Assembly (NCBI GenBank): GCA_963575745.1 | Contig: CAUYUJ010000275.1 | Span: 62,001 to 116,002, forward strand | Direction of reading: 5' to 3' | From: Prorocentrum cordatum | Lineage: Eukaryota | Length of the DNA stretch: 54,002 bases | Shown here: piece by piece, positions 34,155 to 47,025 of the stretch | Layout: the number at the start of each line of letters is the position of its first letter | How positions within the stretch are numbered: the stretch's first letter is position 1 | Notes under the pieces: generated by a model | The model's input: the letters and a program-made list of their open reading frames with translations, nothing else | What the model was told of the DNA's origin: nothing | The model's database searches: none | Made by a program: the position numbers and the translations under genes

Positions 34155-36239
34155 GGGGGGCAGGAGGGCGGCCGCAAAGGGAGGGAGGGCGGTGAGGGCG
34201 GCGCACTCGGGCCTTGAATGCCCAGGGCTACGCTCACCAACAGAGCCATGCAACATCTACCCATCGGTGGGAAGAAGTGGGCAGAGACATGGCGACGAGC
34301 GGCGCTGGAAGCAAACTTTGGATCTCCGCCGGGGCCCATGAAGGCGACGGAAGAGGGACCACCACTCGAGCCCTGAAGTAGCAAGGCGCCCAGAGCACAT
34401 CGGGACCTGGGGATCAAGAGAAGCCGACTCTCAACGACTGATGGGCACACGAGCCCTGTGGCAGGTCGGGGCGAGGGAGGGTCTGCCACCCTTCGGGGCA
34501 GGCCTGCAGTGCACTTGGCCTCGTCGCTGGTGTCGGAGGTGCCTCAGCTGAGGAGCCGCACCTGACCGTTCGACCCCATGCAAATAACATTCGGGATGAT
34601 GATCTGCGATGAAGGAGCTACCTGGATTGGCGGCGAGCCTGGGGGGGGAGCGAGAGGGGATGGCCTTCTCAAAGGCTCGGGAGGCCTTCCGAGCCTTCTG
34701 AAAAATATTCGAAGCCTTCCCCGAAGACAAAGACATCTTGTCAGAAGGCGCGAGGGCTTCTGAAAAGCCCCCCGCTTTCTGAGAAAACCTACCCACTCTC
34801 AGTTTCCCCCCGGCACGCCGCCGACTGAATACGGGGGTGCGACATCATCGTGGACACTGTGCGCATCATCGAATCGAGCTGGCGGAGGCGTGGTGCCGAG
34901 CGACGTCGCACTGGTCTCGTGCGACAGCTTGTGCTGCGTTGGGGCCCAAAACGCCAGCTGCAAGAGCGGGGACATGGGAGGCATCATCGAGGAGGGCGCG
35001 CATACGAACCTCTGGGGTCAAGCAGCTGAGGACCGAGATACCCCACGAGGGCGTCGCCCACCTGCCCCCATGGGAAAGAGCCGCGCGCGCAGGATTCCAG
35101 GGCGATGCAGTCTGAGGACTCTCCCCCCGAGGGGGCGCGAGCGGGCCGACCCCGGGGCGGGAAGCACCACATGGGAGCGCAAGCGCGGGTCGGGCCGTCG
35201 CGGCCACCGCGGTGACCAACGATACCGTGGCGCCCCCGACGCTCGCCACGCAGAGCTACGGGATACTGGCTACTCAAGAACGGTGTGCGGTCAGATGATG
35301 TGACCTTGTGAAGAGCTTCGGGTGCGACCGACACGCCCCTGTCTGCGAGGGATGCCCGAGTAACGGATCCAGCGCGGCAGTGCTGCGCATGTATGCCGCG
35401 TTCGGCGAAGGCCACACATCGGGCCAGCCGGTGTGAGAAGAGCACCGTGGCAGGAAGCGTGCTAGCGTGGGCGGCGCTGAGCACCAGTTCCGCTGGAAGG
35501 TCAGAAGTCTTCTCGTCGAAGAGGGCCTGGCTGGGGCGGTGCTGCTCGATGGTTTCCGTTCGAACTCTGGGCTCAGAGGTCGCCCCCCCAAAGCGCCCCG
35601 GCCGCTCAGCCCACGCGGTCCTCCTCCTCCTCCTTCTCCTCCTCCTCCTCCTCCTCCTTCGTTCCGTCATCCCTCCTCGGTGCTTCCTCCTCTCTACTGT
35701 TTCCTCCTTGCGACGCTAGAAGAACAACAATGATATAAGCAAGACATATTTCGCAGCTCCGTGCTGATATTCTGGGTCGGTGCTGACCCCACGCCGGCGC
35801 CGCCTCTGGCGCAGCCTCTGGCGCGCCACGCGCGCCAAGGAGGGGGATCCAGCGCCGATCAAAGAAACCCGCGCGGAGCTCATAACAATTTATGTCGTTG
35901 CACTTTTTCCTGCTGCGAGGTGCTGGAGCACAGTCGCTGTCCTGGGCGAACAGCACGACGGAGACGTCGAGGTCCACGTCCCCCGCCTGGCGGCAAGTGC
36001 GGCCGGCCGCAGCCGGATTCCGCGAGGATGCTGCCGTCGCGGCGCTGTTCTGCGGCTGGTGCACGCCATCGTGACTTCTCCTGCTCCTCCCTCCTCCTCC
36101 TCCTCCTGCTCCTCCTCCACCTCCTCGCCCCCCTCCTCCTCCTCCTCCTCCTCCTCCTCCTCCTCCTCCTCCTCCTCCTCCTCCTCCTCCTCCTACCCCT
36201 CGTCCTCGCCCCCCTCCTCCTCGTCCTCCTCCATCCCTT

Positions 36240-36370
36240 TTCCTTGTAAACAACTCCTGCCCTCCACACCCTGAGACGTGTCGGTAAGGAGGGCCGGGCG
36301 TTTCGCCTGAGACGATCTCGCCATTCATGCCCATGAAGCTGGAACTTTGCAACAGTTTCACAGGTTGAGG
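36240..36370 (+). repeat. Dispersed repeat following a (CCT)n tract, homologous to ~46409-46540
   Basis: cctt.taaa.aact...cacacc...gggccgggcgtttcgcctgagac...atg.cc.tga.gct..aac.tt.gcaac.gtttc.ca in both. Confidence 0.8.
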
Positions 36371-38043
36371 GCGGGGGGGCGGGGCTTGTCAAAAGGCTCG
36401 GACGGCCTTCAGGCTTCTGGGAAGCTCTCGGAGCCTTATCCAAAGGAAGGGAGGGCTTCTCTGAAGGCCAGAAGGCTTCTGAGTAGCCCCGCTGCCTTGT
36501 GTGAAGGCTGGCACCCCCCTGCCTTCCCCCCAGGCGGGCGCGTCGACGATAGTTGTGCTATTTTGTGGAGCCAAGATGAAGAGCCTTTCCACCGCATTCA
36601 GGACGGCCTGCACAACAATTTTGAGAAGGCCCACAGGGGTTCGACCACATGACTCGACATCTGCGTCACTGGGATCTCCCAGGCCTCCCCGCCCCCCAAG
36701 CGCGGTGACGCATGTGTTAGGTATTACAACTTGGTTTTTGTAAAAAAAAAAAAAAAAAGAGAGGGGGCCATAAGGATGCCTCCAGGGGTCGTGGCTTCAG
36801 CGCGGCAAGATTGCGTGGGATTGAGTGAGCGTCTTGGGCCCACTGGAGCCTGATTTGACACGATCAGATTGCCCATTGAGGTCCAGAATAAACTTCTAAT
36901 GGCGGACGTCATGGAAACGCAAATCCAAAGCCCCTTTCGGGGTGTGGCTTGGATGGTTCGAAGGTGGGACGAGGGCGAGAGCGGCGACGGCGACAGCTTC
37001 CACAAGTGCCTCGACGAGGCCGACGAGCGCATCGACGAGGACGCCGAAATTCCGACGAAGAAAAGGGCGGCGACGGCGAATACAACGAGACGGTCTCCAC
37101 GGAATTTCCGTCGGACCATGACCTCCTGCACCACCCCGACACCGACGGTGATTGGGATTCGCCTTGGAAGAGCGATGGGCAAGCCGATGATGACGGCATC
37201 CGATACTTCGCAGACGTCGAATGGCTTTCCGCCGACGAGGCCATGCTCGCTATAATGCTTCGGAACGTAAGGGGATAGCGCCGCTTGGTTGCTCAGAAGC
37301 CACCAGACACTGATATCCCTCAAGGCACCGCTGATTGACTACAGACAGTGGCGGCCACCAACCACTGCTACCCCGAATACTGTCCACTCTGCTGAGCTGT
37401 GCGGTGGCGGTCGCAAACATAGTTCCATGGCCACCGTGCCCCTGGCTCGACCCACCCAAACAGTGACGCTGAGAGCCCACAGAGCGTGTGGCACACCTCT
37501 GACGCGACGGCGCGGCCTTTGGTTTTTCCGCCAACGCGTGACCCGCTCATGGAGGAACAAGCAACGGCATAATCATCTACATTCGGAGCTCCGCGCGGAT
37601 CTGTTGATCATCGCTGGCCCACACTCCCTGGCGCGCGGAGCGCGCCAGGGGCGGCGCCGGAGGCACCGCCAGGGAGGGGCCAGTGCAGGTCCAAGACATT
37701 CGTGCGGAACTCCCAAACCTTTTTGCTTATATGCCGCGGTTTGTTCCTCTGGCTCTGCCTGGAAGAGGCGCCGTTGCTTGGCCCCCACGCCCAACATCTG
37801 CCAGGCGAGCGACGAAAAAAGAAGAAGCTATTTCGCGAGACGACGTCATGAACGACCTCACGCCGCGTCTCACGCTGGCCGCCAGCGCGGCACGCTGCCT
37901 AGAGACGGGGGCGCATACGCGCGACCGTACGCGGGCAACTTACGCGCGAATGTCGTCGAATACGGACTCGTTGTTCTGCGTCGCCCACATGTTTTCGACA
38001 GTGCGCGCCAGTGCCCGCGCCGCCGCGCATAGGCGCCCGCGCC

Positions 38044-38191
38044 ACACACACACACAAACACACAAACACACACATACACACAAACACGCACACACAACAA
38101 CACACACAAACACACAAACACACACACACACACACGCTTCAGGCCGGCGGTCCGTGGCTCCTAGGTGCGGGACGCGCGCCCTTGAGTGCAC

Positions 38192-38243
<52 letters not shown>

Positions 38244-38545
38244 GACACTCACACTCACACACACAAGCAAGCACGCACGCACGCACACACACACACACAA
38301 CACACACACACATACACGCACACACACACAGACACACACGCACGCACGCACGCACACACACACACACCCTCACACTCACACTCTCTCTCTCTCTCACACA
38401 CACACACGCACACGCGCACACACCGCGCACGCACGCACGCACGCCCCCCCCCCCCCCTTCCCCCCTCCCCCCCCCCCACACACACATACACACACACACA
38501 CGCGCACACACACGCACACACACGCACGCACGCACGCACGCACGT

Positions 38546-38589
<44 letters not shown>

Positions 38590-38651
38590 GCACACGCACA
38601 CGCTCACGCACACGCAAACGCACACGCACACGCACACGCACACGCGCACGC

Positions 38652-38684
<33 letters not shown>

Positions 38685-38972
38685 CATACATACATACACA
38701 CAGACACACACATACACACCCTGTATCCGTGCGCTCGCGGCCCGGGCCCTTTGAGATTGGGCGGTGCGCTCGCAGTGCGCACGCACGCACGCACGCACAT
38801 ACATACACACATACACACATACACACAGACACACAGACACACAGACACACAGACACACAGACACACAGACACACAGACACACAGACACACAGACACAGAG
38901 ACACAGACACACAGACACAGACACAGACACAAACACAGACACAGACACAGACACAGAGACACACACACACAC
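38044..38972. repeat. Compound CA-rich microsatellite: (CA)n, (CACG)n, (CACACG)n, (CACAGA)n, (CACACAGA)n
   Basis: Visible directly; a 40-bp unique block CCGTGCGCTCGCGGCCCGGGCCCTTTGAGATTGGGCGGTG is duplicated at ~38727 and ~38978. Confidence 0.95.
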
Positions 38973-41900
38973 CGCACCCGTGCGCTCGCGGCCCGGGCCC
39001 TTTGAGATTGGGCGGTGAGCTCGCAGTGGTCTTCGGCCTGGCCTGCCTGTGGGCGTGGCGCGGCGCGGCGGTTTGCTGCTCGCTCCGCCCCAGCTCCTCG
39101 AGACCACCATCCCACCCTGCCTCTCTCTCCTCCCTCCCTCCCCCCCGGCCCACCTGTTGCCCCTGCGCCTGCGCGTCCGCCGCCTCGGACCCAAACTCCG
39201 CCACCTACTCCTCCACCACCTCCACCACCTCCATCACTTCCAGCACTCAGGAACGGCGAGCAGGTCTGGTTCAACAAATGTGATTTCGACGGCTGCTGGG
39301 GCGCCTCATGTCGAGCTGGGGGGCCTCTGGTCGGGCTGGGGGGGGACATCAGATCTAGCGAAAGCAACCTTGTCCAACGAACCTTTTTGCAAGTCTCCGA
39401 ACAACCTCGTCCTCCGCCGCAGCCTCCGTATCCTCAACCACCTCCACGCAGACCGAAGGGGGGGTGGAGGCGGGAACGGGGCAGAGCGGGGCACCGCAAC
39501 GGGCGCACGGCCGCCTTCGGGTCCACGTCCCAGCCGAGCCCCGCCCTGACGAGCGTCATGTGGTTGGAATCCTGGAGGTCTAGAACCTCGTGGGATGGGG
39601 GCCCGCCCGCCGCCTGGGCCTCCCCCTCCGCCTCCGCCTCCTGTTGAGGTCCACAAGCCGGCATCAACACGCAAACTGTCGGAAGCTCGGGCAAGTGCAT
39701 TGGGTCGGCGCTGCTCCCCCAGCGCGCCACGGGCGGTGCCGGAGGCGCGGCCGGGGCGGCCCGGCGCCGATCCAAGAAATCTGCACAAACCTCCGAATGG
39801 TTGTGTTTTTGCCCGCGTTTGTTCCTCGATCCTCGTTATCCTCATCCCCCCCGTGAGGGGTGCAACAAGCGAGTCGCAGTCAACGGAGTCGTTGGCACTT
39901 CAGCGCGCGGTTGCGGTCTGACGTATATATACATATATATATATACGCCCGCATGAGCGACGACAAGAAACGAACCCTACGCAAGATGGCACAGCGACCA
40001 TATGCGGTGGCTTACGCGGGCCGCCAGCGCGGCGAACCACACTGGACACGAGGGCGCTTACGCACAACCTTACGCGGGCAGCTTGCACGCCAATGCCGGC
40101 GCAGACGACTCCCTTGTCTTGCGTCGTTCACATGGGAACATCTTCGTGGGGGCTAGATCGGGCCACTGGGGGCCATCGCTCTGGCTCCCTCCCTGGCCTC
40201 GTCGTCGGGGGTCGAGGCGGGAGGCCGCGGCGGGGAGGAAACCAAGGCCGGACGATAGAACCTCACTGCCAGCCCCGGTCGGGGCGTGAGCAGCGAGGAG
40301 GAGGACGAGTCCCCAATAAGCGCTGATCATCCGCAGGATCTGCGCAGCGACACTTTCCCCCCGCCACGCAGGCAGCTTGGGAGGCGCACGCGCACCGGGG
40401 AGCATCCGCACCTTACCCATGATGCGCGTGGCCTCCTTGAGGCTGCCATCCCACGTGGGGCCGCAGCGGGATGCGTCACGCTGCGTACTGCAATGCCCCC
40501 GCTGGCAACCATCGCAGCACCAAACCACGCCTATGCGTGGTCAACTAATTAGTGGTGCCGCGGGGCATGATGCCCAAGGGCCGTAGGTATCCGGAACGTG
40601 CCATGGGATACTGGCGCGCGCATGGCACCATTGACGCCGCAGGAGGCTCGAGCACATCATATGGCGAAACTGGGCGAGTGGGCCCAGGGAAAGTTTCGCC
40701 AGGACTCGAGCCAACGACTATGGGTAGCGAAACAGATGATGACGATAGCGATGCTGACGACGACGATGAGGTTCCGACCACGCCTGCGCAACACCGAATC
40801 CGTGACACTCAAGCCGGACCTCTCGGTGTCACGGTTTCCGCCGATCGGCTTTCGCACCCCGGCCTGGGCTGCGGGAGCGGCGGCCCCAGGCGACACGAAA
40901 ACGCCGAACAGTAAGACCCTGGGCCCTCCGAGGGCCCCCAAAACATAGTTCTCGGCCGATGAGCGCTCTGTCTGGGGAGGAGGGTTCAAATTCTCTGGCC
41001 CCCAGAGGCGGCCTTGTGGCTGACAGTCGACCTGCCGATAAGAACAAGTGTTGCGATGGGGGGGGAAGGATTTGTCCGCCGCGCGCACAACAAACTGGAA
41101 CCAACCCGATGTTGATGCTACGCCACTCCCTGTCCCTACATCCCCGCCCAGACGCGGGCCGCCGGGCCCCCGGGCGGTGGCAGCAGGCGCCGCCGCCGCC
41201 TCCGGCTGCTAGCCGCCAGAGCAGCCGCAGCCGCCCGCCGCATCCTCCTCCTCTTCTTGCTCTTCCTCCTCCTGCTCCACAATTACACCATATGAATAAT
41301 ACTCTCCTCTCTCCCCTGGTGGCGTTCCGCAAATGTCCAGCCACCCTCCGCGTACTGGTGTTTAACACACAAGATTCCTGGAATTTGGGTTTTCGCTTGG
41401 TTTGTACTTTCCCCTCCAAAAATGCTGCTCTCGCTGAAGCGCCGGCCTCATTTTTGGGCTACCGCTCGTTCCGAATCGCGCTCCCGCTGCAGCGCTGGCT
41501 TCATTTCCGCGCTTCCGCTCGTCCCGAATCGTGCTCCCGCTGCAGTGCTGGCGTCATTATTCTCAGCGCCATGCCACGGCATGGTTTTCGGTTCTTCCAA
41601 ACAGGCCCCAAAATCTAGAAAATGCCCCCCGAAAAAACCATCGGAAGTGATTACACATTCGCTGTCGATGCAATGATTTCTTGGGCCGCAGAAGCCCCCC
41701 CCCACTTTGGGGCGTTGCCACGCCATGCTATGTCATGCTACGCGTTGATCTTCAACACCATGCTATACCATGCAATGATATGCCATGCTACGACATCCGA
41801 TTGTGCAAATACAGATGAGATCTACGCCATGGTAATGGATGGGAGGGAGGGGTAGGACGTCAGATATGACGCGAGCGCACCTAGCTTGTCTCTTCCCCTC

Positions 41901-42788
41901 CTCCTCCTCCTCTTTTCCGCCTCCTCCTCCTTTCCGCCTTCTCCTCCTCCTCCTCCTCCTCCTCCTCCTCCTCCTCCTCCCCGCTGCGGCCGTCTGCTCG
42001 GCGCTGCCCCCTGCTCTAGGCCGCGCGCCTCTCCCTTCTCCATGGCAAACGCCACCTTCTGCCTCTTGGGCGCTCCTCTCGCCGATTGGGAGGCCGAGGA
42101 GACCAGGACGCAGGATGCAACAGAGAAAGTGGAACCAACGAGTCGCGAGCATGACAGGGCAGTAAAGCATGGATGCGCCACTACAGCAAGAGGCGCGCGG
42201 ACGCTGACAAGCAATTCGTGAGGCAGGTGAAGCAAGCACCGTCACCTGGGAAACGCCGCCCAAAACCAGTGTCGGGTCGAAGCCGAAGGGCATCGAACAT
42301 AACACATCTCGAGGTTGAAGCCTCGGATGTGCGCGACTCACCACACGGGCGTGAGCCCCGAGTTGTCCTCGCTCTACCACGGTAGAAGATGAGCCTAGGT
42401 TGAAAGAGGCACCAGCAAGCAGCAGCAACGATGGAGAGGGCGAAGGAGGAGGAGGAAAAGGAGGGAAAGGAGGACGAGGAGGAGGAGGAGGACGAGGAGA
42501 AGGAGGAGGAGGAAGAGGACATGAAGGAGCATGCCACGCGTCAGATTATGCTGATTACGATGAGGAGGGGGGGAGGATGATGATGAGGATGAAAGAGCGG
42601 TGCCGAGGGAGAGCACGATGAGAAGCAGGGGCAATTGCAGGAGCAGCAGGAGCGGAAAACGGGCGGAACTCCTGGGATCACGCCGCGGATTAGGTTGCCC
42701 AAAGTGGGCTCCACGACCCGCTGGCTCCGCTGGGGCGCTCCGAGGCGGGGCTGAAGAGGGAACGGAGGGGCGAGGTTTGAGAAGGAAC

Positions 42789-42819
42789 GAGGAGGAGGAG
42801 GAGGAGGAGGAGGAGGAGA

Positions 42820-42904
<85 letters not shown>

Positions 42905-43420
42905 CGAGGAGGAGGAGGAGGAGGAGGAGGAGGAGGAGGAGGAGGAGAAGCAGGAGCAGGAGCAAAACCAGGAGCAGGAGGAGCAGGAGCAGGAGGAGGG
43001 AGGAGAGGAGAGGAGTGAGGGGGGCCCTCCCTGCCTGCTTCTGTTTTTGTTTTTCTTTGGATGGGGGAGGGGGCCCCTGCCGCTGGCACTCGGGTGGCCG
43101 TCGCCATCCACCTGGGTGCCGAGAACTGCCTCCGTGACGGCCTCCCCCTGTCGTGGCGGGCTTGGGACCTCCAACCGGCACGCCTGGCCCCTGTGGACAC
43201 GAGACACATTGCGGACGGGTCTCGTGCCGGGGCCGCGGATTAGCGGAGGAGGCGAAGGAGAAGGAAAAGGAGAAGGAAACAGGGGAGGAAAAGGACAAGG
43301 AGAAGGAGGAGGAGGAGGAGGAGGAAGAGGAGGAGGAGGAAAAGGAGAAGGAGAAGGAAACAGGGGAGGAAAAGGACAAGGAGGAGGAGGAGGAGGAGGA
43401 GGAGGAGGAGGAGGAGGAGG
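42789..43420. repeat. (GAG)n-(GAT)n-(GAG)n compound microsatellite and duplicated GA-rich unit
   Basis: (GAT)n 42822-42904; AAAAGGAGAAGG..AAACAGGGGAGGAAAAGGACAAGGAG-like unit occurs twice in 43260-43385. Confidence 0.92.
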
Positions 43421-44763
43421 GGACAGCAATAATGTCACCGCCGTATCGCTGGGGCACGAATGGGGCGCCGTCGCTGGAGCCCGCATGGGGGAATGAGATC
43501 CGGCGAGCGGGGGACACCCGCCACGTGGGTGAAATCGGGGGGTGCGATCTACAGTCGCGGCGTCGTGGTGCCGAGTGCCTGTCGTCACTCCTCCTCCGCA
43601 TAACCGCATGGACTGTCCCTCACCACCTCCTCGCCCCAAGGCCCTTCGACGATCCAGGCGAGTCCAAGATTCTAGGGGGTGACATCCCGGAAAGGGGGGG
43701 GCGAACTTGCTGAGGCAGTCGTCCGCTAAGTTGCGGCTAATCGAGCCGCGGCGCGCACGAGGGCGGGCGAGCCCTCGGCAGGGCTGCGCCTGGGCCGGGC
43801 AGCAAGCGGAGGGAGGAGGAGGAGGAGGAGGAGGAGGAGGAGGAGGAGGAGGAGGAAGAGCAGAGGGGCTTGGCCGAACCCCCAAACGGCGCGGTGACCA
43901 TACCGCGCGGTGATTCAGCGGGGATGCGGGGTAGCCGCACGGTTTCGGGACGTGGGTCGTTCTCCGAGGATGTCTGGGGCAGCCGGGGCCCCCAGGAACT
44001 CCAAACGGCACGCTGACGGACACTGCTGTCATGTCTTTGCGGATTTCGGAACCACCGCAAGGTCTGTCACTGCGCAGTTTTGGGATCACCAATCAGCTCG
44101 CGCAGCGGTCTTTCCTGGTGCCCCCCAGCGTCGGGGGGAGCCAACGTAAGTATCGAAGAACGGCGCCTGGCGGCGGGGCCAGAAACGTCTGCGTGAAGCA
44201 CATCTCGTAACCGCACCTTTCCCTATCCCCCCTTTCTCGATTCTTATCAGAGCTCGTGCTATCGCCAACGTGCGCTTACCCGCGGGCAGCGCGACGAGGG
44301 CCGACAGAGGCTGCGCGCCATCGGTGGAGCTGAGCGGGGTAAGCGCACACTGGACTACGCAGCGCACACCGTAAAGAGCATCGGCTTTCGTCCGACCCGA
44401 CATGGGGAGGCACCGTCTCCCACGCGCGGCGCCTAAGAAGAGCGCCGCTGCGCCCCAGCGGCCACCGCGTGACGCACAGAGCGAGCAAGAGGAGGCGGAC
44501 ATTCCCCACCTCCGCCGCCTCGGCCCCGGCCAGGGGGTCGTGCCGCGGCGGACCGCCGCCCGCCGCTGCTGCTGGCCATCGCTGGCGCCCCCGCCGCTGT
44601 CGGCGTCGACGTCTGGCCCGAGCCCCAGGGGTGGCGCCCCGTGGAGGCCCTGGGAAAGCCCCAAAGAGGCCCCGGGGAAGCACCACGTAGAGGCCCAGGA
44701 GCGCGACACCCGCGGAGGTCCTGGGAAACGGCCGTCGTTGTTTCCACGGTCGTTGTCCTCGTC

Positions 44764-44812
<49 letters not shown>
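44764..44812. repeat. (TCG)n microsatellite
   Basis: Visible directly. Confidence 0.9.
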
Positions 44813-44813
<1 letters not shown>

Positions 44814-45654
44814 TGTCTGTCATCGGCGTCGGCGGTGGCTGCCGCCCGCCGCTGCTGGTGGCTACCGCTGGCCTGCGCTGCTGGTCTGGGTCCCGAGTCG
44901 TCGGCGTCAATCCGCGGGTGCGTCTGTCCCCCCGCTGCCGGCTCTTAGGCCGTCGTGGCAGCCTCGAGGGCCATCTTAAAACGTCGTGGCGGTATCCTGG
45001 GCCATCTTGAAGCTTCCTGGCCTGCTGGGGCCCGTGTAAGCCGTCCAGCACGCCCCGGAACGCGCCCCGGAAAAAACCCGAAGAGGCCCAAGAGGGGCGC
45101 TGCCGCCCTGCTGCCCCGCCTGTGGGTCTCACAGACGGGGCGTCGTCCTCCCTGTTCACATCTGCTCTTCCCGCCTGCTCTCCCTCCCTCCGCGCGCCGC
45201 CATGGCGCTGACGGGCTGCTCGCAGCCGCCGCGCTGTCACCCCGGGCTTGGTCTTGCCCCCCGCCGCCTGCGGCCCAGCTTTTTGCTGGACACCACGCCC
45301 GCTCCCGCCCTGGGGAAGGTGCGGCCACCAGACGTCGGCTCCACACTGACCGTTTTGCACCCTTGCCCCACTGGATGGTCACAGCCCCCGCGCTGCGCCC
45401 CGCCGCCGCCGGCCCCCCCCGGTGCAGCAGCCGCCGCGGCCCTGCCGGCGGGGCCGACCGCGCCGCGCGCTCGGGGCGCGACCCGTCCCCCTGAGCGGCC
45501 TCGTTCCCCTCCCGCCCCCTCTTTCGGCAGTTTCCTCTGCCCTGTCCCCTCCTCTTGCATGGTGGCACAGTTCGCTACAACGGCATCCCATTTTAGGTCG
45601 CTTTTCGCCAGCGCAGTTACTCTGCCTAGCCGCCGACGCACAAACAAGTGTTCG

Positions 45655-46410
45655 GTGATTGGTGTTTGCGATTTGGTGTTGTGGCTCGGAATTTGGTGTC
45701 TGGGGTGTTGGTGTGAGGGTGTTTGGTGTTTGGTGTTTGGTGTCTGGGGGTTGGGGTTTGGTGTTTGGTGTTTGGGGTTTGGTGTGGTGGGGTTGAAGGG
45801 GTGGTGTGGCCGGGTGTTTTCATGGGTGTCCATTGGTTGTTCCTGGAGAGGGAGCTCCCCCCCGCACCGCCTCTCCCCGCCCCCCCCCGCCCCCCCTTTC
45901 CCCTTCCACCCCTTTTCCCCTGCGTTGCCATCCGCCCCCCCCCCCCGCCCCCGCTTCTCCCCCCGCCTCTCCCCGCCCCTCGTTCTCCCCCGCCTCTCTC
46001 CGCCCCCCGCTTCTCCTCTGCCTCCCCCCCATTCTCCCGCCCCCCTCCCCCCGCACCCCCCCGCACCCCTGGACCTCCTCCTCCCCTCTCCCCTGCGCCC
46101 CGTCGCCCTCGCCATTCTCCGTCCTTGCACCGCCCAGGGCGCCTGTCGGCGGCCACAAGGTGCCGACAGGCGCACCCGATGTCCACGAAGTGCCTGCCCT
46201 CCTGCGGCGGCGGGGCTCCTCCTCCAAGGATGCCCCCTCCTCGTCCTCCCGGGTCCTCCTCGTCGTCTCCCCCCCCCCCTCTCTTCTGCTCCTCCCGCGT
46301 TCCGCGTTCCTCCTCTGCGCTCTTCCGTGTTTGTCCTCTTCCTGTTCTTCCTCGTTTTCGTCCTCCTCCTCCTCCTCCTCCTCTTTCCCCTCCTCCTCCG
46401 CTCCTTCTCC
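45655..46410. repeat. (TTTGGTG)n heptamer tract followed by a C-rich tract
   Basis: TTTGGTG/TTTGGGG units at 45655-45800; runs of C at 45857-46100. Confidence 0.8.
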
Positions 46411-47025
46411 TTATAAATAACTTCTCCCTGTCGCACACCGAAGCCAGTGTTTACGGCGGGCCGGGCGTTTCGCCTGAGACTTCCTCACCACTAATGACCC
46501 TGAGGCTTAAACCTTGGCAACCGTTTCGCACATGGAGGCGCGCTGTTTTCAAAATGTGGTTCTCGCCTTTGCGCCGCGCGCGTTCGCTTTAACGACCCGG
46601 GGAGGACGTACCCAACCATTTGTTGGTATTAAAGAACATAGGGCGAGCAACTATACATCGGACCGCTCCGTTTAACAGCCATCATTGAATTATCCGCAAT
46701 GCCCTTGAACGCTTCGCCAAAGAACGTCGGGCCAGATTCAGATGTTTCACATGCGGCGTCACTCTTAAGAGTCATGTCCTTGGTAAAAGAGCGACCACGA
46801 GGGGGCGTGGAAACATGTGGAAGAGGGACGATTGGGGACATCATTCGTGGGAGTAGCAACGCCTTGCGCTGCGTTCGCATTGCAGGACAGCGCTCTGCGC
46901 GCCATGACAATACAGCGCCTTGCGCTTAACGTAGCATCTGCGCGCACGCATTGCAAACAACAGGCAACTGAAGAAGGGATGCGGCATGGGCAACGGACAG
47001 CGCCATGCGCTATTCGTTGCGAGGC

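Noticed and set aside
37683..39367. His/Thr- and Cys/Val-rich ORFs
   Set aside because: Translation of the (CA)n compound microsatellite.
42395..44092. 565-aa and poly-D/E/M/H ORFs
   Set aside because: Products of GAG/GAT microsatellites, open in several frames.
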